Positions 56,779 through 64,000 of a DNA stretch of 64,000 nt are shown in pieces. Position 1 is the first letter of the stretch, and the number at the start of each line of letters is the position of its first letter. The notes below the pieces were generated by a model. The model ran no database searches, had not been told where the DNA came from, and was given only the letters and a program-made list of their open reading frames with translations. Origin of the DNA: Papillibacter sp. (lineage in GTDB: Bacteria; Bacillota; Clostridia; Oscillospirales; Oscillospiraceae); the NCBI GenBank assembly GCA_012838125.1, contig DUPW01000044.1, forward strand, positions 3,715 to 67,714, written 5' to 3'. A program made the translations under genes and the position numbers.

Positions 56779-56807
56779 TTGTAAAAGACAATGAAATCGT
56801 TTATAAT
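56779..56807 (+). promoter_or_regulatory. sigma-A promoter upstream of glnS
   Basis: TTGTAA (56779-56784), 17-nt spacer, TATAAT (56802-56807). Confidence 0.55.
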
Positions 56808-56842
56808 AAGTCTCTATAACACACTGGGAGATGATGTGAGAT

Positions 56843-58537
56843 ATGAACGATGGACCGAAGAATTTTATAGAGACCTTTGTGGAAGAAGACTTAGCCCCCG
56901 GCGGGCGCTTTCACGGCCAAACCGTTCATACCCGTTTTCCTCCCGAGCCGAACGGCTATCTCCATATCGGGCACTGCAAGGCACTGGCCATTGACTTCGG
57001 CATCGCCGAAAAATACGGTGGCCTGTGCAACCTGCGTATGGACGATACAAACCCCTTAAAGGAAGACGAAGAATACGTGGAAGCCATCAAGGAAGATATC
57101 CACTGGCTGGGCTACGACTGGGGCGACCGCTTCTATTACGGCAGCGACTATTTTGAAAAAACATACGAGCTGGCGGTGGGCCTTATAAAAAAAGGCCTTG
57201 CCTACGTCTGCCAGCTGTCGCCGGAGGAGATGCGCGCGCGCCGGGGGGATATCGGCGTTCCCGCCACGAGTCCCTACCGGGACCGGCCTATTGAGGAGAG
57301 CCTTGACCTGTTTCAGCGCATGCGCAACGGGGAATTTCCCGAAGGGAGCATGACGCTGCGGGCGAAGATTGACCTCGCCAGCGGCAACTTCAATATGCGC
57401 GACCCGGTTATCTACCGCATCCGCTTCGCCCACCACCACCGGCAGGGGGACAAGTGGTGCATCTACCCGATGTACGACTTTGCCCATCCCATTCAGGACG
57501 CTCTGGAGGGTGTGACCCACTCCCTCTGCTCTCTTGAATACGAAGACCACCGCCCCCTCTACGAGTGGGTGATTGAAAACACGGACGTGCCGTGCAAGCC
57601 GCGCCAAATTGAGTTTGCCCGCCTTGATATGAACTATACCGTCATGTCCAAAAGAAAGCTCCGCCGTCTCGTGGAGGAGAAACTCGTGGACGGCTGGGAC
57701 GACCCCCGCATGCCCACCCTCTGCGGCCTGCGCCGCCGGGGCTACACGCCCCAGTCCATCCGCAACTTCGTGGAGCGCATCGGCGTGGCGAAAACGCCCA
57801 GCACCGTAGACTACTCCTTCTTAGAGTTCTGCCTGCGGGAGGATCTCAATAAAGTAGCCCAGCGGGCGATGGTGGTCCTGCGACCTCTGAAACTCACCAT
57901 CACCAACTACCCCGAGGGGAAGACGGAACTGTTCGACGTGGAGAACAACCCCGAGGATGAAAGCGCCGGCGCACGTCAGGTGTCCTTCTCCCGCAACCTC
58001 TGGGTTGATGCGGAGGACTTTATGATTGACCCGCCGAAGAAGTATAACCGCCTCTTCGTGGGCAACGAGGTGCGCCTGAAATCAGCGTATATCGTCCGCT
58101 GCACGGGTTACCGGCAGGACGAGGAGGGCAATGTGGTGGAAGTCTTCGCCGAGTACGACGAGGCCACCCGCGGCGGCACCACGCCGGACGGACGCAAAGT
58201 CCGGGGCACCATCCACTGGGTGGACGCGGAATCGGCCGTGGACGTGGAGGTGCGCCTGTACGACAACCTCTTCTCCGACCCCGACCCGGAGAGCGGGGAG
58301 GACTTCATGGACTGCCTCAACCCCAACTCCCTTGAGGTGCTCGCCGACTGCAAAGCGGAGAAGATGCTCCGTGACGTAAAAATCGGCGATGCGTTCCAGT
58401 TTTTGCGTCTGGGCTACTTCACCCCCGACAGCCGGGACTTTACACCGGAAAAACCCGTCTTTAACCGCTCCGTGGCCCTGAAAGACAGCTTCCGCCCCGC
58501 AGGAAAATCGGAGACAAAACCCGGCGGCCGAAAATAA
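56843..58537 (+). CDS. glnS: glutaminyl-tRNA synthetase
   Basis: FPPEPNGYLHIGH (HIGH), VMSKRKL (KMSKS), and a GlnRS-type anticodon-binding C-terminus. 564 aa. Confidence 0.93.
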   Translation: MNDGPKNFIETFVEEDLAPGGRFHGQTVHTRFPPEPNGYLHIGHCKALAIDFGIAEKYGGLCNLRMDDTNPLKEDEEYVEAIKEDIHWLGYDWGDRFYYGSDYFEKTYELAVGLIKKGLAYVCQLSPEEMRARRGDIGVPATSPYRDRPIEESLDLFQRMRNGEFPEGSMTLRAKIDLASGNFNMRDPVIYRIRFAHHHRQGDKWCIYPMYDFAHPIQDALEGVTHSLCSLEYEDHRPLYEWVIENTDVPCKPRQIEFARLDMNYTVMSKRKLRRLVEEKLVDGWDDPRMPTLCGLRRRGYTPQSIRNFVERIGVAKTPSTVDYSFLEFCLREDLNKVAQRAMVVLRPLKLTITNYPEGKTELFDVENNPEDESAGARQVSFSRNLWVDAEDFMIDPPKKYNRLFVGNEVRLKSAYIVRCTGYRQDEEGNVVEVFAEYDEATRGGTTPDGRKVRGTIHWVDAESAVDVEVRLYDNLFSDPDPESGEDFMDCLNPNSLEVLADCKAEKMLRDVKIGDAFQFLRLGYFTPDSRDFTPEKPVFNRSVALKDSFRPAGKSETKPGGRK

Positions 58538-58582
58538 GACAACCCGCAGGGAAAATACAGAATTTTATCCTAAAATTGGTAT

Positions 58583-58629
58583 AAACAGCGTGTATGCCGT
58601 CAAAAATATCGGCATACACGCTGTTTTTG
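58583..58629 (+). terminator. intrinsic terminator after glnS
   Basis: CAGCGTGTATGCCG / CGGCATACACGCTG stem followed by TTTTTGC. Confidence 0.8.
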
Positions 58630-58681
58630 CTTACAAAACGCGGGAAGGTAGGCAACAACACACAATTTAGGAGGTTCTGCT

Positions 58682-59503
58682 GTGAACAAAAAGAAGAGTT
58701 TTAGCCGCATAGTCGGGGATTTCTTCGCCGGCAAGGGGTTTTACGTCGTCCTGTTTCTGTGTGTGGCCGTCATCGGCATCTCGGCGTGGATTCTTCTGTC
58801 CACACCGGCGCGGGTGAAGACGCCGGATATCCATTTAGACGCCACCTACACACCGAGTTTACCGGCGCAGGAAGCGTCCGCCCCGCAGGATGAGACCCTC
58901 ACGGAGCTGCCGGACATTGACGAGCTGGCGGAGCAGCCGGTGGTGCGGCCGCGGGACGAGGGTGTAGCCGAACAGCCGAAGGCGAGCCCCGAGGCCAAGG
59001 ACAATCAGGGAGAAGCCGAAAATCAGCCGAACAAGAGTACATCGCCTGAAGACAACGCCGAAGACGAGCGCAAGAAGTCCTCATCCACCAGCCTCACCTT
59101 CGTCTGGCCCGTCCTCGGAGACATTCAGGGCGTTTACGCCGTGAGCGAGCTGGTGTATAACAAGACCCTCGGCGACTGGCGCGCCCACCCGGGCATCGAC
59201 ATCGCCGCTCCCTTAGGCGCAAAGGTCTACGCCGCGGCGGACGGCACCGTGACGGACATCTCAGTACACGACCTGTTGGGCACCGTGGTGACCATCGAGC
59301 ACGCGGGGGGCCTGGTGAGCAAATACGCAAACCTCGCCTCGGTACCCGTAGTGAAGGTGGGGGATCAGGTGGCGCAAAACGCCGTCATCGGCTCCGTGGG
59401 CGACACAGCCTTAGGCGAGTCCAGCGAGGCCAGCCACCTGCACTTTGAAATGTGGAAAGACGGCGAGCCGGTAAGTCCCACAGAATATCTGCCCAACCGG
59501 TAA
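58682..59503 (+). CDS. membrane-anchored M23 (LytM) family metallopeptidase
   Basis: N-terminal TM helix FYVVLFLCVAVIGISAWILL and an acidic linker. HPGIDIAAPLGAKVYAAADGTV..SHLHFEM. GTG start. Confidence 0.85.
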   Translation: MNKKKSFSRIVGDFFAGKGFYVVLFLCVAVIGISAWILLSTPARVKTPDIHLDATYTPSLPAQEASAPQDETLTELPDIDELAEQPVVRPRDEGVAEQPKASPEAKDNQGEAENQPNKSTSPEDNAEDERKKSSSTSLTFVWPVLGDIQGVYAVSELVYNKTLGDWRAHPGIDIAAPLGAKVYAAADGTVTDISVHDLLGTVVTIEHAGGLVSKYANLASVPVVKVGDQVAQNAVIGSVGDTALGESSEASHLHFEMWKDGEPVSPTEYLPNR

Positions 59504-59507
59504 AACA

Positions 59508-59546
59508 AAAAATCCCGATTCTTCCGAAAGGGGAATCGGGATTTTT
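59508..59546. terminator. bidirectional terminator between the M23 peptidase and MATE genes
   Basis: AAAATCCCGATTC / GAATCGGGATTTT stem. Confidence 0.8.
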
Positions 59547-59557
59547 ATAAGTACACG

Positions 59558-61018
59558 TTATTCCGCATCCGTGGCGGCTTCGGGAATTGCGGCGGCTATG
59601 GGGCTGACGGCGTCCGTGGCGGCTTCAGAAATTGCAGCAGCCACGCCGGCCTCCTCCGGAACAGGGAGGGTGGCGTTGGTCTTAAAAGTGCCCTTTCTGC
59701 CGAGGTAGATGAAGTAGCCGATGCACAGAAGGAGGGAGCCAAAGGTGGACAGGGGCGCAGCCAGACCGATGGTGGCCAGGGACGCGCCGGCTTTGGCCGC
59801 GAAGTACACGAAGGGGACGCGGATGCAAATCGTCGTCAGAATGGAGTGCACCATGGAGAAGATGGAGCGGTTGCAGCTTGAGAAGAAGCTGTTAAAATTG
59901 AAGACGAAGGCCACCACAAGGCAGTCTAAGGAGTAGCTCCTTAAGAAGAGCACGGCCTGCTCGATAACGGCCATATCGTCCCTTTTGAAGATTCTGATAA
60001 GCAGGTCCCCGCGAATCCAGACGAAGGTGACGATAACAACGGCGAAGCCCAAGGCGATGGAGATGGCGGTGCGCAGCACCTGCATGGCGCGCTTGTAGAG
60101 CCCTGCGCCGACGCAGTGGGCCGACATCGTTGCCACCGAGACGGAGATGGCGATGGAGGGCATCATGAGGAAGCTGGTGAGCTTTTCCACGATGCCGGCG
60201 GCGGTGGACTGCGTCAGTCCCATGCTGTTGATGACGGACGTGATAAACAGGAAGGAAAGGCTCACGAGGGCGTCCTGCATGCACAGCGGGACGCCGATAA
60301 GCAGGATTCTCTTAAACTGCGCCAGAGAGAAGCGGATGTCCTTCAGCGTAATTTTCACACCGATGCCGCGATGGGCAAGGCGAAACGCCGATAAGCCAAG
60401 GCTCACGCCCTGGGCGATAACGGTGGCCAGCGCGGCGCCGGCGGCGTCCATTTTGAGCACGGCGACGAAAAGAAGGTCTAAAATGATGTTCGTCGTACAG
60501 GCGGTGGCGATAAAGAGAAACGGGGACTTCGAGTCACCCGAGCCGCGGAAGATGCTGCCGAGGACGCTAAAGCCCATGATAAAGGGGGTGCCGAAGGCCG
60601 TGATGGTGAGGTAGCTCACGGCGTGGTGTACAGCTTCGGGCGGTGTATTCAGGATACTTATGAGGGAATCACGGAAGATAAGCAGTGCGGACATCACCAC
60701 GAGGGCGAGGGCGGCAAAGAGCGTGATGGCGGTGCCGACCGTCTTTTTAATGTCGGCTTCGTTCTTCGCGCCGGCGTACTGGCCGAGCAGAACCGTGACG
60801 CCTGTTGTGAGACCTGAGAGAATCATGGCCACCGTCGTCATGAGCTGGCCGCTGACGGACACGCCCGAGATGGCGGCGGTCTCCGCAAAATGGCCGATGA
60901 CGATGAGGTCCACAGCCGAATAGAGCACCTGGAAAATGCTCGAGAGTATCACAGGGATGCTAAAACGCAAAAGCGCCCGGGGCACACTCTCGGTAGTGAG
61001 ATAATCGCTACGCTGCAT
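59558..61018 (-). CDS. MATE family efflux transporter
   Basis: 12-TM profile with a typical MATE N-terminus (ALLRFSIPVILSSIFQVLYSAVDLIVIGHF). Short repeated PEAATDA-type tail. Confidence 0.85.
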   Translation of the reverse strand: MQRSDYLTTESVPRALLRFSIPVILSSIFQVLYSAVDLIVIGHFAETAAISGVSVSGQLMTTVAMILSGLTTGVTVLLGQYAGAKNEADIKKTVGTAITLFAALALVVMSALLIFRDSLISILNTPPEAVHHAVSYLTITAFGTPFIMGFSVLGSIFRGSGDSKSPFLFIATACTTNIILDLLFVAVLKMDAAGAALATVIAQGVSLGLSAFRLAHRGIGVKITLKDIRFSLAQFKRILLIGVPLCMQDALVSLSFLFITSVINSMGLTQSTAAGIVEKLTSFLMMPSIAISVSVATMSAHCVGAGLYKRAMQVLRTAISIALGFAVVIVTFVWIRGDLLIRIFKRDDMAVIEQAVLFLRSYSLDCLVVAFVFNFNSFFSSCNRSIFSMVHSILTTICIRVPFVYFAAKAGASLATIGLAAPLSTFGSLLLCIGYFIYLGRKGTFKTNATLPVPEEAGVAAAISEAATDAVSPIAAAIPEAATDAE

Positions 61019-61245
61019 GGTAAAAAAACCTCCGATTTAAATGGGAAATCTATGTAAGAGCAGAAACTATTTTTTTACAAACAAAAAAGAACCGTTTCAC
61101 TATGCTAACAAGCGGCGCGGGCATTGTCAAGAACGAGACAGGGGATAGACAAAAAGTTCTACATAGCGGAAGAATTTCTCCCGCCCTCTTCCAATTCAGG
61201 CTAAAATATATTAAAATAAGCCGAATAAGCTTCTCGGAGGTATGT

Positions 61246-61965
61246 ATGGAGGAGAAAAAACCAGTATTCAAGCGTGTATTACTCAAAATCAGCGGCGAAG
61301 CGCTGGCCGGGAAAAAACACTTCGGCCTTGACTTTGACGTCATCCGAAGCGTTTGCGCCGTTATTAAAAAATGTGTGGATCTTGGCGTTGAGATTGGCCT
61401 TGTGGTGGGCGGCGGGAACTTCTGGCGCGGCCTCAAGGACGGGGAAGGGAAAATCGAGCGCACCCGGGCTGACCACATGGGCATGATGGCCACGGTGATG
61501 AACTGCCTTGCCGTGGCGGACGTCCTCGAGCAGATGGACGTGCCCGTTCGGGTTCAGACGGCGCTGGAGATTCGGGCCGTTGCCGAACCGTACATCCGCC
61601 TGAAGGCGGACAAGCACCTGCGCAACGGGCGGGTGGTGATTTTCGGATGCGGCACAGGCTGCCCCTACTTCTCCACCGATACGGCCGCCGTATTGAGGGC
61701 GGCGGAGATTGGGGCGGACGTCATCCTGCTTGCCAAAAACATAGACGGCGTCTACAGCGCCGACCCGAAGGTGGACCCCAACGCCGTCAAATTTGACAGC
61801 ATTTCCTACGACGAGGTCTTAGCCCGGAAGCTGGCCGTCATGGACTCCACGGCTACGAGCCTTTCCATGGATAACCACATCCCCGTTATCCTTTTCGCGC
61901 TGGAAGACCCCGAGAACATCCTGCGTGTCATTCTCGGCGAAAAAATCGGAACCATTGTTGGTTAA
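61246..61965 (+). CDS. pyrH: UMP kinase
   Basis: [45 protein letters not shown]. Start trimmed to MEEKKPVF (ATG 61246). Confidence 0.95.
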   Translation: MEEKKPVFKRVLLKISGEALAGKKHFGLDFDVIRSVCAVIKKCVDLGVEIGLVVGGGNFWRGLKDGEGKIERTRADHMGMMATVMNCLAVADVLEQMDVPVRVQTALEIRAVAEPYIRLKADKHLRNGRVVIFGCGTGCPYFSTDTAAVLRAAEIGADVILLAKNIDGVYSADPKVDPNAVKFDSISYDEVLARKLAVMDSTATSLSMDNHIPVILFALEDPENILRVILGEKIGTIVG

Positions 61966-62007
61966 CACGAAACACCCTATCACATTACTTCAGGAGGTAG
62001 AAGCATA

Positions 62008-62565
62008 ATGGCTGACGATCTGTTTACCGAATACGAGAAAAAGATGAAGAAGACTGTTGAAGTGCTGCAGTCGCAATTTGCCTCTGTGCGCGCCGGGCGC
62101 GCCAACGCGGCGGTGCTGGATCCCATCAAAGTGGAATACTACGGCGTTCCAACGCCCATTTCCCAGATTGGATCGGTCACTTCCCCCGACCCGAGAACCA
62201 TCGTGATTCAGCCCTGGGATGCGTCCACGCTCAAAGACATCGAGCGGGCCATTCAGGCGTCTGACCTCGGCATCAACCCCACCAATGACGGCCGCGTCAT
62301 CCGCCTTGTGTTCCCGCAGCTGACGGAAGAGCGCCGCAAGGAGTTGGTGAAGCTCATCTCCAAATACGCCGAGGATGCGAAGGTGGCCGTGCGCAACGTG
62401 CGCCGTGACGCCCTCGACTTCTTCAAGGGACAGAAGAAGAAGTCCGAGATTACGGAAGATGACTTAAAGTCCATCGAGAAGAGCCTTCAGAAGCTGACGG
62501 ACGATTACATCAAGGAAATCGATAAAGTTGCCGAGAAGAAAGAGAAGGAGCTTTACGAGATATAA
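62008..62565 (+). CDS. frr: ribosome recycling factor
   Basis: VRAGRANAAVLDPIKVEYYG..IQPWD..INPTNDG..IRL.FP.LTEERRKELVK. Confidence 0.96.
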   Translation: MADDLFTEYEKKMKKTVEVLQSQFASVRAGRANAAVLDPIKVEYYGVPTPISQIGSVTSPDPRTIVIQPWDASTLKDIERAIQASDLGINPTNDGRVIRLVFPQLTEERRKELVKLISKYAEDAKVAVRNVRRDALDFFKGQKKKSEITEDDLKSIEKSLQKLTDDYIKEIDKVAEKKEKELYEI

Positions 62566-62642
62566 GCACTGGACGCCACGCTCGAGGCGGGCGGACGCTT
62601 TTGCCGCCGCAGCGAGACGACGGTGAGGACGTGACGCAAATC

Positions 62643-63386
62643 ATGAAACTATTCGGCAAAAAAGACGGCAAGGCGGGGAAGCTCGACATGACGAGGCTGC
62701 CCCGCCACATTGCCTTGATTATGGACGGGAACGGACGCTGGGCGAAAAAGCGCGGCATGCCCCGTTCCCTCGGCCACGCCGCGGGAGCGGAAACTTTCCG
62801 CCGTATTGCAACATACTGCAAAAACATCGGCATAGAATATTTAACGGTCTATGCCTTTTCAACGGAAAACTGGAAGCGCCCGGCCGACGAAGTGCAGGCG
62901 ATTATGGACATTTTTGAAAAATACCTTTACGAGGCCCTCGAGACGATGGAGAAAGACCGCGTAAAACTGAAGGTATTTGGGGATATTTCCGTCCTTTCGC
63001 CGAAACTGCGCCGGCTTATTCTTGAAACGGAGCGAATCTCCGCCCGATACGAGGGCGTGCAGGTGAACCTCTGCGTCAATTACGGCGGGCGGGACGAAAT
63101 CATCCGGGCGGCCCGGGCCTACGCCGAGCATTTCAGGAAAACGGGCGAAGAGTTGACGGAAGAGAAGTTTTCCGCCTACCTCTACTCCGCAGGGATTGGC
63201 GACCCGGACCTTATCATCCGTCCCAGCGGGGAAATGCGCCTGTCCAACTTCCTTCTCTGGCAGGCGGCTTACGCAGAGCTGTATTTTACCGATGTGCTCT
63301 GGCCGGACTTTACGGAGAAGGAGCTTGACCGCGCCATCCTCGCCTATCAAAAGCGTGACAGGCGGTTTGGCGGAGTGAAAGGATAA
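62643..63386 (+). CDS. uppS: di-trans,poly-cis-undecaprenyl-diphosphate synthase
   Basis: PRHIALIMDGNGRWAKKRG..LTVYAFSTENWKRP..IRPSGEMRLSNFLLWQAAYAELYF..RRFGG. Start uncertain (ATG 62643 or upstream TTG 62601). Confidence 0.9.
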   Translation: MKLFGKKDGKAGKLDMTRLPRHIALIMDGNGRWAKKRGMPRSLGHAAGAETFRRIATYCKNIGIEYLTVYAFSTENWKRPADEVQAIMDIFEKYLYEALETMEKDRVKLKVFGDISVLSPKLRRLILETERISARYEGVQVNLCVNYGGRDEIIRAARAYAEHFRKTGEELTEEKFSAYLYSAGIGDPDLIIRPSGEMRLSNFLLWQAAYAELYFTDVLWPDFTEKELDRAILAYQKRDRRFGGVKG

Positions 63387-63390
63387 ATCT

Positions 63391-64000
63391 ATGCGAGCGA
63401 GAATTCTTGTGGCGGTCATTTTTGTGCCGCTGCTGTTTGTTATCCTCTATTTTCTGCCCCCCGTGGCCACGGCCCTTTTCGTGGCAGCTCTCTGCGCCCT
63501 GGGAGCGTGGGAGATGCTCCGGACGGTGGGGGCAGGAGCCCTCAGGCGCCTTGTGGCCTATTCCTGCATCGCCGGCGCCGCAATTCCCCTGGGCGTTTTC
63601 TGGCTGCCGGAGATTCTTGTGGTGCGGGCTGTTTTGATTGTGTTCCTCTGCGCCATTTTTGCCGAAGGCGTCGCCGCAGCCGTTCGTGAAAAGGCCTTCC
63701 CCGTGCTCTACCTTTTCGCGGCTGTTTTCGCCGGCATTATCATCCCCACGCTGTTTTCGTCTCTGGTAAAACTGCGGCAGCTTGATAACGGGCAGCTGTA
63801 TGTGCTCATCCCCTTCATCGTGGCGTTTATCACGGACGGCGGGGCGTACTTTGTGGGTGTATTCTTCGGAAAGCGGCACATTTTCCCTCACGTGAGCCCC
63901 AAAAAATCGCTGGAAGGGTGCATCGGCGGGATTGCCACAGTCGTCGCCGCCTCGGCCCTCTTTGGCGTGATTCTCAAATACGCCGCGGGCCTTTCCCCCG
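63391..64000 (+). CDS. cdsA: phosphatidate cytidylyltransferase; N-terminal part only, runs off the right edge
   Basis: Not in the ORF track (no stop in the window). My translation: MRARILVAVIFVPLLFVILYF...ITDGGAYFVGVFFGKRHIFPHVSPKKSLEGCIGG. Confidence 0.88.
   Translation, partial: MRARILVAVIFVPLLFVILYFLPPVATALFVAALCALGAWEMLRTVGAGALRRLVAYSCIAGAAIPLGVFWLPEILVVRAVLIVFLCAIFAEGVAAAVREKAFPVLYLFAAVFAGIIIPTLFSSLVKLRQLDNGQLYVLIPFIVAFITDGGAYFVGVFFGKRHIFPHVSPKKSLEGCIGGIATVVAASALFGVILKYAAGLSP

Overview
GC-rich chromosomal segment from an endospore-forming, Clostridia-class Firmicute. The evidence for this is spoVT with a forespore-type promoter, SepF/DivIVA, Jag and HisZ. The gene content resembles Oscillospiraceae-like gut anaerobes, but that assignment is tentative. 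The window is densely packed with housekeeping genes. On the plus strand: miaB (partial), an alanine-racemase-like pseudoenzyme, mutL-miaA-hfq, yggS-sepF-divIVA, ileS-lspA-rluD, two tandem MFS paralogs, and trmB-murT-gatD-like-ogg. On the minus strand: a complete 10-gene his operon (hisZ-G-D-C-B-H-A-F-IE-hisJ), acpP, rpmH-rnpA-yidD-yidC-jag, mltG-U32 peptidase, tmk/tagA, a GNAT-udg pair, deoC-cdd, and apbE with an internally duplicated lipoprotein. Further along are cobO, gap, a PPTase, mntR, spoVT, hpf, a fumarase alpha subunit, nfo, proS, dusB, an ECF sigma/anti-sigma pair, trx with an NADPH-motif-less trxR, glnS, an M23 peptidase, a MATE pump, and pyrH-frr-uppS-cdsA (partial). I saw no rRNA, tRNA, CRISPR array, transposase, integrase or recognisable defence island. 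The most unusual element is non-coding: a complete cobalamin riboswitch on the minus strand (about 20056-20247). It has its own consensus promoter and terminator but no downstream ORF, so it may be a B12-gated small RNA. Other points worth a second look: a MurT partner (GatD-like) with no possible nucleophile Cys; an alanine-racemase-fold protein lacking the PLP lysine, sitting where mutS usually lies; an unlisted 38-aa Cys-rich membrane peptide; an ApbE-adjacent duplicated lipoprotein with a divergent flavinylation-like motif; and a thioredoxin reductase homologue without NADPH-binding motifs. Several true genes are missing from or mis-started in the ORF track (miaB, rpmH, cdsA, the 38-aa peptide). 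Many long ORFs in the track are antisense artefacts of the high GC content.
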